Shown here piece after piece: positions 9,157-19,356 of a stretch of DNA of 64,000 nucleotides. The stretch lies in IMG/VR virus record IMGVR_UViG_3300025000_000080, positions 1 through 64,000 of that record; one strand, written 5' to 3'. Position 1 is the first letter of the stretch, and the number at the start of each line of letters is the position of its first letter. The position numbers and the translations under genes are program-made. Under the pieces are notes generated by a model. That model saw only the letters and a list, made by a program, of their open reading frames with translations. It was not told where the DNA came from and did not search any database. This DNA is from an uncultured virus (IMG/VR IMGVR_UViG_3300025000_000080) (lineage: Duplodnaviria > Heunggongvirae > Uroviricota > Caudoviricetes).

Positions 9157-11502
9157 CTAGTACGCGTACTCCGGTTCGTCCATGAACATCTCGTCTTCGC
9201 CGTCCTTGGTGCGACGGTGAACCATTCCGGCGATTTTATCACCGTCGAGTTCCAGGGCGATGTGGGTTTCGATCGGTATATTGGCTTGTTCCCTTAGCGC
9301 GTCCCGTATCCATGCTTCGTTTTGACTGGCTTCCCATCGACGCTTTGCGTCAGATTCCAGAGCGCCTGATCGAACGACCATAGGCAGGCTTTCCATCGGG
9401 TCCTGATCGTATACGTCACCCCAATCATCCTCATTGAGTGTTGCCCTATTTCGTGGCCCGGCCCTTCTACTTGGTCCAGTTGTTAATGCAGGAGCGACCT
9501 TGTCCCATGATTCTTTTTTCTCTTGTGTCGTTTGCATCTGCGCGAGAGTCTTGATGGGGCCGACCTGGAATTTCTCGGGAATCATTCGCGCGGCTTTGAT
9601 GATCATGTCCATCACAAAACCGAGTTGTATTTTGATAAAATCAACGAATAGCGAAAAGCCCTCCTTCATGACACTAACGAGATAAATCCATTCTGTCTTG
9701 ATTCTCTTCCATCTATACGCAACCATAGCTACTACGGCGATGATGCCAGCAATCGCCAATCCTGCTGGATTAGCAACCATGGCCAAGTTCAACTGCCACT
9801 GTGCCCATCTCCACGCCACTGTGAGTGCAGTGATGATCTTGACTGCTGAACCATACGTTCCGAGAGCAGCAGCATATGCAATTACGACCATCTCAACGAC
9901 TTCTTTGTGCTCCATAAGGAATCCGGTCGTTTCCTTGATGGCGGTACGAACCGAAGCGAAGCCTTCCTGCGCTGCCAGGACAAAGGCGCGTACCCCTTGG
10001 TTCTCTGCCTTCTCGAGTTCCTGTTCCATCGCGCTACTCATCTGGCCCGTGGTCAGGATGTCGATGAAGGACTTCAACACCAACTTCACTTCAGACCAGT
10101 GGTCGCGCATCAGTAGGATGATCGGCAGTAGTGGCAGAATTGTCCCCAGACCAAGCCCAAGAAGCGATAGTTTAAACGCGGACAGAAGGGGTATCAGGAG
10201 ACCCAGGATTGCCTTGGAAGCAGCGAATGCGCTCACCAGGCCAACAAAGGCAGATGCCGCCAACACTATCTGCACGATGCCAGACTTGGTTTCGGCAGGA
10301 AGTTGATCGAACGCGTACAGGAACTTGTTGAGCGTATCGGTGACGAGTTTTACCGCGGGTCCGAATACTTTCGCCAGCGGTTCACCGAGAACGATCCCGA
10401 TTGTCTCCATCGTGCCCTGGAGAAGCACTTTCTGGCCTTCGAAGGTGTTCTGGATGTTGTCTCGGAATTGAGCCATCGTACCCGTTGAATTTTGGAGTTG
10501 CTGGCGAAGGTATGCCAGCGCATCTCCACCCTTCAGAATCTCGCCACTCGCAGTCGTGACTCCATTTTTCAACTGCTCCATCACGGCCAGAGATGCGGTC
10601 ATACCAAACGTACCAAGTGCGTCGTCCAGGGTTTTTGCTCTTTGGACATCAGACATGTGTTCTGTCTTCGCTGCCAGGTCCAAGAGGATGTCACCGAAGT
10701 CCCGGAATTGTCCCTTGTCGTTCGCAACTGCGATGCCGAGTTCGTCGAATGTGGCCTTGCCTGTCGTGCTCATTGAGAGAAGGGCACGGTTGACTGAGTT
10801 GGCCACCACGCTCATATCGAGTCCAGCGTTCTTGGCCAGACCCATGGTAACGAGCATTTCGGTCAGTCCCTGCTTACCTGCGATGGCACCCTTAGCAGAG
10901 TTGGCCAATGCCACCTGGAGATCGGTCGACTGGATTGCAGTAAGGTTTGAGATCTTGGTCAACCGGTCAAGAGCGAACCCTGCATCATCTACGCCGATGC
11001 CGTAGATCTTCATTGCAGCACCGGCGATGGTCGCGGCGTCGGCCACACTCAGTGACTGCCCCGCTGCGAAGTCCAAAGTCGGAATGAGTGTTGTAAGTTG
11101 CTCATTGACAGTGAAGCCGAGAGACGCCATGTTCTGGAGTCCTTCGACGGCCTGTGTCGGACTGAACTGGGTGGCTATGCCAGCGTCGATAGCGGCTCGA
11201 CGCAGTTTGACCAGTTCTTCTGATGTGGCGCCCGATACGTTGCGGACTTTGGCGAGCCCGAGTTCGAATTCACCAGCTCGATCTGCGAGGGATTTGAACG
11301 CCATCAGCGGAGCAGCGGCCATCCCGATACCGGCGAAGGCGATGCCCATCTTGTGCAGGGCGGAACCAACATCCATCGAACGTGTGGAGATGTTTCGGTG
11401 CAAGTTGCCGAATGCCCGATCCGTATCGAGGATTCCTTGCATGCCTCGATTGACGAAGTCGAAGACCACGCCGAGCCCGAAACTACCATTCAATGCCATC
11501 AT
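9157..11502 (-). CDS. Tape measure protein (TP901 family)
   Basis: FE..LAKVRNVSGAT..TQFSPTQAVEG..MASLGF; Ala/Gly-rich with hydrophobic segments; ANPAGL. Confidence 0.92.
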   Translation of the reverse strand: MMALNGSFGLGVVFDFVNRGMQGILDTDRAFGNLHRNISTRSMDVGSALHKMGIAFAGIGMAAAPLMAFKSLADRAGEFELGLAKVRNVSGATSEELVKLRRAAIDAGIATQFSPTQAVEGLQNMASLGFTVNEQLTTLIPTLDFAAGQSLSVADAATIAGAAMKIYGIGVDDAGFALDRLTKISNLTAIQSTDLQVALANSAKGAIAGKQGLTEMLVTMGLAKNAGLDMSVVANSVNRALLSMSTTGKATFDELGIAVANDKGQFRDFGDILLDLAAKTEHMSDVQRAKTLDDALGTFGMTASLAVMEQLKNGVTTASGEILKGGDALAYLRQQLQNSTGTMAQFRDNIQNTFEGQKVLLQGTMETIGIVLGEPLAKVFGPAVKLVTDTLNKFLYAFDQLPAETKSGIVQIVLAASAFVGLVSAFAASKAILGLLIPLLSAFKLSLLGLGLGTILPLLPIILLMRDHWSEVKLVLKSFIDILTTGQMSSAMEQELEKAENQGVRAFVLAAQEGFASVRTAIKETTGFLMEHKEVVEMVVIAYAAALGTYGSAVKIITALTVAWRWAQWQLNLAMVANPAGLAIAGIIAVVAMVAYRWKRIKTEWIYLVSVMKEGFSLFVDFIKIQLGFVMDMIIKAARMIPEKFQVGPIKTLAQMQTTQEKKESWDKVAPALTTGPSRRAGPRNRATLNEDDWGDVYDQDPMESLPMVVRSGALESDAKRRWEASQNEAWIRDALREQANIPIETHIALELDGDKIAGMVHRRTKDGEDEMFMDEPEYAY

Positions 11503-11653
11503 ACACCCTTGAGATGAGACACATCAGTGCTACTAGCCCCACTATGGCACCCGATGACATGGGCTGGCGAATCAGGGATGTGAGGGACGGAATGTGACGA
11601 CGTAACCCACCAACGTCATCTAGTGATGGATCTGATTTTTAGGCATCAGTGGG

Positions 11654-12007
11654 TCATTTTGACTGGTTCGCTTCTCGTATCGCCTTGGAATCGGCCTCGA
11701 GTTGGTCCTCCAGCATCTGAGCGTATGCTATCAGATCCGGTGCGTCGAGTTCCATGATGTCGCGGTAAGACCAGCCGAGTCCATACCCGTCCTGCCGGTA
11801 TGAGAGTTTGAAGATGAGCTTTCGAAGCGTCTCCTGTGAAGGGATAGGGAAAGGTAGCCAGAGTCGGTCAGTGCTCGTTACCGGTCGGAGACAGCCGCCT
11901 GGTGTCGGCTCCCGTCGCCATCGGTCAGAGTCCTCTTCAGTGTCTTCGCTGCACTCCAGAAGCCTTTCCCACCGAAAGGGATTTCGATCTCGGTTCTCCT
12001 CCGGCAT
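11654..12007 (-). CDS. Tail assembly chaperone, second (-1 frame) segment
   Basis: LIFKLSY..GLGWSYRDIMEL motif typical of chaperone C-terminal segments; overlaps the upstream gene in the -1 frame; true start uncertain. Confidence 0.6.
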   Translation of the reverse strand: MPEENRDRNPFRWERLLECSEDTEEDSDRWRREPTPGGCLRPVTSTDRLWLPFPIPSQETLRKLIFKLSYRQDGYGLGWSYRDIMELDAPDLIAYAQMLEDQLEADSKAIREANQSK

Positions 12008-12672
12008 TCCTCACAGACGACGGGCACGGCTGTGTCGACGCCGCAGTCGACCGTTTCCCAGTGCTTCATCAGCCAGTCCTGGTCGTAGCCCTCGATGTAC
12101 TCTCGGATCAGTGCGTCGGTGGTCATCTTCCCGTTGATGGTCGCCACCCGGTAGCCGAGAATCGCGGTCACGAGTTCGTTCTTCTTCTGCTTACGAAGCT
12201 TCGCCAGTTTCGTCTGGTCTCTGCCTCGTAGAATGTTGAACTCGACAACTGCGCCACTGTCCGGGAGCGTCGTCTTGAATAGCCGTCCCTCGGTCAGGGC
12301 TTGGATACTCTCCTCCGGGAGTGGGCGCACAATGAGTTTGCTCAGGTCGCCCTCTTCCTGGTTCGGATGCAGGCAAGTTGGATGCGGACACGTCCAGTCG
12401 TACTCGATGACGTCGCCGTAGGTCCATCGCCGTAGGTAGTACAGAAGTGCGGTGTGGTCACCCACCAGTAGTTCTGACGGACGGATGTGCTCGTCCAGGT
12501 CATAGAACGGCGGGATGTCGTAGATCCCGGTGGCGACCGACGTGAAGATCTGACCGACGATGTCAGGAGAATGTGCAGCACTGGGAGAAGCCAGGATATC
12601 GAGTTCCGGGGTTTGAAGCTTACGGATTTCACACCCCAACCCCGAAGGGAGAGTAACGCGGATGGTCTTCAT
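11878..12672 (-). CDS. Tail assembly chaperone / T4-like baseplate hub assembly protein
   Basis: VTLPSG, LLVGD..LL..LRRWTYG, two Cys pairs, GVDT; sits between tube and tape measure. Confidence 0.8.
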   Translation of the reverse strand: MKTIRVTLPSGLGCEIRKLQTPELDILASPSAAHSPDIVGQIFTSVATGIYDIPPFYDLDEHIRPSELLVGDHTALLYYLRRWTYGDVIEYDWTCPHPTCLHPNQEEGDLSKLIVRPLPEESIQALTEGRLFKTTLPDSGAVVEFNILRGRDQTKLAKLRKQKKNELVTAILGYRVATINGKMTTDALIREYIEGYDQDWLMKHWETVDCGVDTAVPVVCEECRRRTEIEIPFGGKGFWSAAKTLKRTLTDGDGSRHQAAVSDR

Positions 12673-12702
12673 TTGTCTCCTTCACATTCGCTGAATTGCA
12701 GA

Positions 12703-13164
12703 CTACTCGGCCAGAGCGAAGTAATCGTGCTCGAGCACCATCTCTTCGATGGTCGCCTCGTTCGAACTGTTGTCCCAGTCCCCGGCCGTGAACTTCTTCG
12801 GCCATGCATTCACAACGTTCCACCGTCGAAGCACGACACCGGAACGGTCTTTTTGAACGATGGAAACGTTGCGCTTCACGACCTGGCTGGGAAGGCCGAT
12901 ACCGGAGGCGCCCTCGTTGACGGCGATGGCCCAGGCATAGGTGTCCAGGTCATCGGTAGCCCCGCGCTTCAGCGTGATGGGCTCGAACTTCACACGCCCG
13001 GGGTCCTTGGCAGCGGGACGGTTCAGTCCGCCTTCGTTGATCTCGATCGTTTCAGTCTCAAATGACAGGCCCGAACAGGACATGAATCCTGCCCATGCGA
13101 TGCCGTCGATCTGGACCTCAAAGAGGTATTTCTTGTAGTAATTCCGGGGGGTCCCGAAGGCCAT
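12703..13164 (-). CDS. Tail tube protein (T4 gp19-like)
   Basis: GFMSCSGL, PGRVKFEPITLKRG, RWNVVNAWPKKF..IEEMVLEH. Confidence 0.93.
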   Translation of the reverse strand: MAFGTPRNYYKKYLFEVQIDGIAWAGFMSCSGLSFETETIEINEGGLNRPAAKDPGRVKFEPITLKRGATDDLDTYAWAIAVNEGASGIGLPSQVVKRNVSIVQKDRSGVVLRRWNVVNAWPKKFTAGDWDNSSNEATIEEMVLEHDYFALAE

Positions 13165-13192
13165 TGATACTCTCCTTATCCGCCGTCAGCCG

Positions 13193-15427
13193 TTACGCGC
13201 CCGCTGCTGCCAGTTCTGCCTGAATATCACGCATGTCCTGCTGGAACGTGACGATAATGAACTCCGCAGGCTTCTGCGTTGCGAGCCCGATCTCGCCGTT
13301 GATCCTGTTGACGAAGACCTCGGTGGGCGGATTCAGATCGTCACCGAAGTTTACCGTGTAACTGTCTGCCGGGGTGGCCCCACGGAACGCACCGGCAGTA
13401 TACTGCGTGTACAGGAAGGCCCGAATTGACTGTGCAATCTCGTTCCATAGCCGAGCGTCGTTGTTCCGGTGACGGTAGGTCTGGAGGTTGTCCTCCACGA
13501 CCTTCTCGATGTAGAGCACACCGCGCCGCTCCGACACGCTGGGGAAGTTGCCGGTTCCCTTCAATGTTCTTGCCCCATCGACGTAGTAGACGCCGTTCGC
13601 GTTCTTGGTGATGGGGTTGATCCGTTCCGGGAAGACCAGCCCGCGCGCCGCACTCTTCTGGACCTCGGTGGTCTCGAGCCCTTGGGCGCTCCTCAGCCTG
13701 CCGACTTCCTCACCAGCGGGCGGGAGGTAGACTCCACCCAGTTTGGAGCCGTCCACCCGTCCGTACAATCCGGAAATCAGTCCGGAAGGCGGAATGGTGA
13801 TGGTCTCTGCCGTACCGTGGACAGTCTTGTCAGGGTTCAGTACCTTGACCCGTGGCCAGTAATAGGCGCCGTACTCCGACAGGGCCTTGAGCCCGCGACT
13901 GGTCAGGTCGGACTTGGCTGCTGATGCGGTCAGATTGGCCGGGGGGTCGATGATAGCGAAGAGCCTGCGATCTTCGGCGTAGTTGATCATTCCCGTCGAA
14001 ACAGCGGACAGACTCGAGCGATCCGGGACGACCAGCACGGTACCATCCATGACGGTATCGAAGGCGTACAGCCCGGTTCCGCCTGCCTGCGACCCCGTGT
14101 AGTCGGTATCAGCCAGAGCCGAGATGCCGTCATTGCCACCCGTAAGCGTGTAGGTGGCGCTTCCTGGACGATCTGCTGGTGCGCTGTTGGCGCTGTCCAG
14201 ATCTGTGACCGCAATGTAGTTGGACCCCGTCGTAACGTCGTTGATCAGATCCTCAACGTACCGGTCGTCGGTGTCGCTCATCGACAGGTCTTGCCATGTC
14301 TCCTTGAGGATGCCACCCTGGTACACCTTGAGGTTGAAGTAGTACGAGGAGGCGTTCGATGCTGCTGATACGATTGCCGTGAGTCCATCGCCCCACCCGC
14401 CCGGCGTCTTGGCGTCGAACTTGAGCGTATTGACCGCCAGCGATGCGTTGGCGCCCGAATGAAGGGCATTATCGAATCCGATGATCGCATCGGCTGTGGA
14501 TGCCGCTTGGACCTGGACGGACCCGGTTGCACCTGCGGTGTCTGTCTCGAGTTTGACCCGGTCCCCTACGACCGTAGCCGTAAGCCCGGTAGTATCGGCA
14601 TTGATTCGATCCCGCACCTCGGCAGGGGTGACCGCGTCGATGTTGGCGACGTCACCCGAGCCAGTGGCCGCGCCGGCCTGGAACTCGAGTTTTCCAGCCG
14701 CGTTTGCAGTGCCACCGGTAATCTGGATGGAGGCGCCCGTTCCGCGCTGATTGGTCTCCATCGTCACGCCGGCACCGGCATTCACGTATGCTCTGCATCC
14801 CTGAGCATACTTATTGATACCGTTGGCGACCTCGAGCGCCGTCGCGGCAGTGATATCAACGAAGTCTGCCGTGGCGAAAGTAATCGTTGGCTTGGCCGTG
14901 CCTCCCACGGAGTAGGTCAGGGTCAGCCCGTCTGCGAGGACATAGGGGCCAGCTCCAGCAGTCGCACGGGTCGCCGCCGAAGCGTCGAACGTCACGGTCT
15001 CATTTCCACCGCCATTGGTGGAGATAACCAGGGTGTCAGCGGGCTCGAGGTCGTATGTGCCATCAATGCTACAGGTCGTGGTGCCCTTCGTGGCGCTGGA
15101 TGTGCTATTCGCCGCCGTTACGGTCGAAGTCGCCGCAGCGACAGACGTTGAGTCTGTGATGTCCGAGTAGTGACACGTCCGACTTACCCAGCACCGCCCG
15201 CCGCCCTCATTGAAGTGGGCCTCGATGGCAGTGCGTAGAGTCACATTGGACCGGTGTCCGCCGAAGATCTTGGTGTAGGTCGCCAGGTCAGCGATCTCGG
15301 TGGGTGTGCGGATCGGGCCGCGTTCTGTGACACCCAGGAACAGGCTGACCGCTGTGCTCGAAGTCTGAAAGATCTTGAGCGATGGGTTGGCCTCTTGAAT
15401 TTTGACCTGACTCTCGAGAAGCGACAT
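13193..15427 (-). CDS. Tail sheath protein
   Basis: FLGVTERGP, AYYWPRV, PPSG..G, RINPI, GARTL, VSERR, KPAEFI. Confidence 0.95.
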   Translation of the reverse strand: MSLLESQVKIQEANPSLKIFQTSSTAVSLFLGVTERGPIRTPTEIADLATYTKIFGGHRSNVTLRTAIEAHFNEGGGRCWVSRTCHYSDITDSTSVAAATSTVTAANSTSSATKGTTTCSIDGTYDLEPADTLVISTNGGGNETVTFDASAATRATAGAGPYVLADGLTLTYSVGGTAKPTITFATADFVDITAATALEVANGINKYAQGCRAYVNAGAGVTMETNQRGTGASIQITGGTANAAGKLEFQAGAATGSGDVANIDAVTPAEVRDRINADTTGLTATVVGDRVKLETDTAGATGSVQVQAASTADAIIGFDNALHSGANASLAVNTLKFDAKTPGGWGDGLTAIVSAASNASSYYFNLKVYQGGILKETWQDLSMSDTDDRYVEDLINDVTTGSNYIAVTDLDSANSAPADRPGSATYTLTGGNDGISALADTDYTGSQAGGTGLYAFDTVMDGTVLVVPDRSSLSAVSTGMINYAEDRRLFAIIDPPANLTASAAKSDLTSRGLKALSEYGAYYWPRVKVLNPDKTVHGTAETITIPPSGLISGLYGRVDGSKLGGVYLPPAGEEVGRLRSAQGLETTEVQKSAARGLVFPERINPITKNANGVYYVDGARTLKGTGNFPSVSERRGVLYIEKVVEDNLQTYRHRNNDARLWNEIAQSIRAFLYTQYTAGAFRGATPADSYTVNFGDDLNPPTEVFVNRINGEIGLATQKPAEFIIVTFQQDMRDIQAELAAAGA

Positions 15428-15445
15428 AACATCCTCCAGCAGCCG

Positions 15446-15694
15446 CTACAGCGTAATCATGGGTGCCGGGTCACCTGGAACCGGGCGATATCTGCGGATT
15501 TCCTTTAGAGGTCCATTCGGTTTAAGCCTGCGTGAGACGTCCTGGCAGCGAAGAACGGACGCGTCGACGGTTACGGTCTCGCCAGCCAGGATGGTCATCG
15601 TGTAGGGTATGCCATCCCTCGCAAACGGCCCATCCAGAGCGCATGTGACCATGTTTGCGCGGTCGGTATTTTTGAGTTCAACGACATCTCTCAC
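15446..15694 (-). CDS. Small hypothetical protein upstream of sheath
   Basis: GTG start at 15694 overlapping upstream TGA; fills the operon gap. Confidence 0.5.
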   Translation of the reverse strand: MRDVVELKNTDRANMVTCALDGPFARDGIPYTMTILAGETVTVDASVLRCQDVSRRLKPNGPLKEIRRYRPVPGDPAPMITL

Positions 15695-16587
15695 GACTGG
15701 CTCCCGTAACTGAGGATGATGCTGCTCGAGTCCGTCACCGGTCCCTGCTCCAGGGTCTCGCCGTCCTCGAACAGAACGCCTTGAACCACGAATCTGCATG
15801 ACGCTTCCCTTACATCCGAATCATTTGCCTTACTTGGGAGATCGAATTCTTCAATCAGATCCCAATCGTATTCCAGAGTCGTCCCTGACTGTGTAAGCAC
15901 AGCCAGTTTCGGCGTAACAGTCAGCGTCTCTGTAGTGTGATGTACCAGCGAGAAGAGCTCGACGTCAAAACGCGCCCCGATTGTAAGCTCAAAAACGAGG
16001 TTGCAACGGGTGGGAGCTCTCCGCTTTTCAAACGACACCGGGTCTCCACCAGCGTCGTAAGTGATCGACGTAGACTCCTGCGTCTCGGTCCATGCGTCCT
16101 TTGGGCCAGAGAGTGGCCCATTTAATGTGATACACGGAAGCGAGGCGTGCTGAGGAATGCTCTTGGTATCGCTGGTATTCGGATCGTATTCCGAGTGGCT
16201 AAGGCGCGACACATCCTCGATCACTTCACGCCGGAAGATCCGGACGACCGCCTCGATCACTTCTTGCAGATGAGACGGAGCCGTAAGGTTTGGGCGGCCA
16301 TAGGTGAACGCACTGGCCTTTGTCGCCGTCTGCTCGGTGTCGATGTTCTGTACCGAAACACTGACCACTCCCGGGTCATGAGACGGTGACTGGCACACGA
16401 TCCGGGTAGCACTTTGCACCTGAACGTTCAATGCTTCATCGGTGCCGAACTTGACCAGCACCTTATCCTCGTCGCCCTCGCCTACCTCCTGAACGGGGAA
16501 GTTGGTTCCGGTGATGAGCACATACGTTCGGCCTCGAGTGAGCCCAGACGACGGTGACACTGTGGAGATGGTAGGTGCAGGCATCAC
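15691..16587 (-). CDS. IPT/TIG-domain tail terminator-like protein
   Basis: PTISTVSPSSG..ITGTNF..VKFG IPT/TIG motif; position upstream of sheath. Confidence 0.7.
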   Translation of the reverse strand: MMPAPTISTVSPSSGLTRGRTYVLITGTNFPVQEVGEGDEDKVLVKFGTDEALNVQVQSATRIVCQSPSHDPGVVSVSVQNIDTEQTATKASAFTYGRPNLTAPSHLQEVIEAVVRIFRREVIEDVSRLSHSEYDPNTSDTKSIPQHASLPCITLNGPLSGPKDAWTETQESTSITYDAGGDPVSFEKRRAPTRCNLVFELTIGARFDVELFSLVHHTTETLTVTPKLAVLTQSGTTLEYDWDLIEEFDLPSKANDSDVREASCRFVVQGVLFEDGETLEQGPVTDSSSIILSYGSQS

Positions 16588-17216
16588 CGGCCTCCAAATC
16601 GACGAACAGACTGTCTAAATTCACTGAACGCTCGCTCACGGATTCGATCCGGAGACTTGCTCTTATTCGCCTCGAAGACCGGGCCGATGAAAGGGCGCGC
16701 CGGCGTTTGGAACGGTCCCAGTACAGTGGTAGAAGCCTTAAGCGGGGCAGCGACGAACCCCATCCACCAGAGTAATGCCCAGAACTTCCGAAGTTTCGGC
16801 GTGACTCGGATGTAGAACTTCTTTGTTCCTAATTCCTGAGCCATCGCTACATTGATGAGTTTGGCGCTCCACCCTTTACCGCCATGAAGATTCGTCCTGC
16901 TCTTCCGATTGACTCCGACGAAGACCTGGAATCCTTTGACTGTTGGGTTGACTGGTGTGATGGTCTTGATCGACCGCATCAGCGCACCAGTAACCGCCAA
17001 TGCTTTCGTACCTGAGTTGCGGTTGAGTTTCCGTATCGCCAATGTCAGCGGACTGAGTTCAGGCGGGACGATATCCTGCTTGACGATGCGCTCCTTCATC
17101 TCCTTCTCGTAAAGAAGCGCTTCCTGCTGTACAGCCCTATGAACGATCTGGGGAGCAACGATGTTGAGCGCCTTTAGCATCGGTCCAACAGTTCTCCAGT
17201 CACCTGTCAGCCTCAT
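16584..17216 (-). CDS. Neck / virion morphogenesis protein
   Basis: LSPLTLA..KAL..TGALMRSI..QELGT..PARPFIGP; ATGA-coupled start at 17216. Confidence 0.75.
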   Translation of the reverse strand: MRLTGDWRTVGPMLKALNIVAPQIVHRAVQQEALLYEKEMKERIVKQDIVPPELSPLTLAIRKLNRNSGTKALAVTGALMRSIKTITPVNPTVKGFQVFVGVNRKSRTNLHGGKGWSAKLINVAMAQELGTKKFYIRVTPKLRKFWALLWWMGFVAAPLKASTTVLGPFQTPARPFIGPVFEANKSKSPDRIRERAFSEFRQSVRRFGGR

Positions 17217-17722
17217 CTGGCGTACCGATCCTCTTGGCTGAATGTCACTACCCACAAGTGCTGACTGACCATGAATCCTGACGGGCGGACCTGATCGACC
17301 TTCAGTGGTGGCCGGTGGTCAGTAGCACCGGGATCGTCGTCGAACGAAATCAGAAGTACGCCGTCCTCGTCATAGACAGACACGAGCCGGTCATTCGTTC
17401 TGATCAGACATTCGCCGCCAGAACCAATCAGTGAAGCGGTTACAAGATCGTCATGGTCGAACACCAGTTCAATCTGAGTAGTCGGTGCAATACCACCTTG
17501 CACCATTCGCAACTTCTCCCATGTATCTGTTGAGATCTGAGCGTACAGAGTGACCTGTGTCTCGGCCCTGATGAGGTCGGCTATTCCATCGCCGTTGTCG
17601 TCGACCCCAACCGGTTCACGCAGTAGGTCGTTGTAGCCGGGTGCGTCGTCGCTCTCTGTGTCGAGTCTGCCGACAATCACCTGGTACTGAGTCACCAGGC
17701 CAGGGTTCAGATCGAGCATCAT
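17213..17722 (-). CDS. Head closure / head-tail joining protein (putative)
   Basis: Position and size in neck module; coupled to neighbours. Confidence 0.55.
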   Translation of the reverse strand: MMLDLNPGLVTQYQVIVGRLDTESDDAPGYNDLLREPVGVDDNGDGIADLIRAETQVTLYAQISTDTWEKLRMVQGGIAPTTQIELVFDHDDLVTASLIGSGGECLIRTNDRLVSVYDEDGVLLISFDDDPGATDHRPPLKVDQVRPSGFMVSQHLWVVTFSQEDRYAR

Positions 17723-18780
17723 GCTGACCCCACATACGAAGCACGACGATACATGGTCAAGATAGAGTCGATCTCAGGGTCGCCCGTGAACATGCCACGC
17801 CCGACCAGTTGCGCCGAAGATGTGACGCTGAAACTCTGGTCCTTTGTCTCCTGGCTCGAGATACGAAACCGGTGGCGCAAAGTGTCACGCTTATGTGTCT
17901 GCGACAACTTCGGGAGTTCGCGCACTGTGAGTAGGGCGCAGGCACGCTTGATGAGCCGTGGTGTCTTACCTCTCACGTTCGACGGATCATAGTCGGTATA
18001 GCCGAAGTAACCGGACAGTTGGACGTTGCCGCTCCCCTCGGGCCACTTGCCATCCTGGTCATCGTACAGCCGCATTTCACGGCGAGTAGTGTGCAGGAGT
18101 TCGATCCGTGGATTCTCGCGGTCATCCATCGTACCCGTCACCTGACCTCGCAGATGACGGGTGTAGACCATCACTGTGTCCAGGCCCACTTCATACAGCG
18201 TCGACCCGTCAACACGGCTGGTGACCTCAATCTTGGAGATCGAAATGATGGGTATGGGCAGTTCGAGAACGTGCGTTCCTGAGCCATCAACGATGAACGG
18301 CGATGACTCGGGGAACGCTCTGGGAGCGAACCATCGACCGGTCATTACGTCGATGTACTGGGTAGCTACGTCGATGGCATCTGCTACCTGATCGTTGGGG
18401 TAAGCCGTAACGGTGAATCCCTGATCTCGCATCTCCTGTACCGTCAGATACGAACTGACCAAAGACGTGGCAGCAACAGCCGTCTGGAGTGTGTAGACGG
18501 TCGCCGCCTCACCCTCGTTGACGACCACCGTCCATCGGTCGTAGTACGTGCCCGCCGAGTCGTAGTTGGCAGCCAGCCCGGTCACTTCGTAGATGCCGGT
18601 CTGTACCTGGACGATATTGGACCCGGTGATGGTCTGCAGGACTGTCACACCGTCCGTATCCAGAATCTGTACCGACGTGATCGAGTACGGATCGAAGTAG
18701 GTGTAGGTGGCAGTCGCTTGGAATTTGATCTGAAGGAGAAGGTCGGTACCGACCAGGGCAGTGTCACGAGTGGTGGCCAT
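17719..18780 (-). CDS. Head-tail connector protein with N-terminal Ig-like domain
   Basis: YLTVQEMR..ATQYID..TGRWF..PRLIKRACALL..GDPEIDSIL..YRR adaptor-like motifs. Confidence 0.7.
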   Translation of the reverse strand: MATTRDTALVGTDLLLQIKFQATATYTYFDPYSITSVQILDTDGVTVLQTITGSNIVQVQTGIYEVTGLAANYDSAGTYYDRWTVVVNEGEAATVYTLQTAVAATSLVSSYLTVQEMRDQGFTVTAYPNDQVADAIDVATQYIDVMTGRWFAPRAFPESSPFIVDGSGTHVLELPIPIISISKIEVTSRVDGSTLYEVGLDTVMVYTRHLRGQVTGTMDDRENPRIELLHTTRREMRLYDDQDGKWPEGSGNVQLSGYFGYTDYDPSNVRGKTPRLIKRACALLTVRELPKLSQTHKRDTLRHRFRISSQETKDQSFSVTSSAQLVGRGMFTGDPEIDSILTMYRRASYVGSA

Positions 18781-18785
18781 GAGGC

Positions 18786-19112
18786 TTACTCCTCAGTGGC
18801 GGACAGGATAATGCTGGCTTTGCCTGAAGCGTAGACGGTGGTATTCGCCCGAATCCAGCGAGCGTACTCACTGACGACCTCGAGCGATGCTTTTGGGATT
18901 TGGACACCCGTCATCCCCACCAGACCGGCATTGCCCACGTCGACGAAGTTGACCCCGTCTAGACTCACCTGCAGCGAGACGGTTCCATCCCACTGGACTG
19001 CACCATCCATCACCTGGACATGCAAAGGGGTCGCAAGCGGTGGGATGGACTGCGCCCTACCTGCGGCTACAGATTCGGGGACCGGGAGTTCTCGTTTCCA
19101 CGGTGTCGCCAT
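18786..19112 (-). CDS. Hypothetical virion protein
   Basis: GTVSLQVSLDGVNF beta-sandwich-like motif; in structural operon. Confidence 0.6.
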   Translation of the reverse strand: MATPWKRELPVPESVAAGRAQSIPPLATPLHVQVMDGAVQWDGTVSLQVSLDGVNFVDVGNAGLVGMTGVQIPKASLEVVSEYARWIRANTTVYASGKASIILSATEE

Positions 19113-19356
19113 GGCTTCTCCTGTTGTGCAGCAGGCTCTTCAGGTTCCGTACCTGCTGGTCATGCTGCGCACTTTCGCTGGTCAGGTACTCGATGGCAAG
19201 AGCGGGCCCTCGAGCGTGCGGGTCCGAGAAGACAAGACGGAACTTCCCGTCATCCAACCGTTGAGCGTCTTCCATACTCAACCTGGATTGGCCAGAGTCA
19301 TCTTGTATCAGCAGCCATCCGGCCAGTCCCAAGTCGGAAGTGATATAGAGACTCAC
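19057..19356 (-). CDS. DUF5659-like protein
   Basis: YITSDLGLAGWL N-terminal motif. Confidence 0.55.
   Translation of the reverse strand: MSLYITSDLGLAGWLLIQDDSGQSRLSMEDAQRLDDGKFRLVFSDPHARGPALAIEYLTSESAQHDQQVRNLKSLLHNRRSHGDTVETRTPGPRICSRR

Noticed and set aside
892..15427. Extracellular contractile injection system (Afp/PVC-like)
   Set aside because: Tail genes look eCIS-like, but capsid, portal, terminase and integrase are present, so this is a phage
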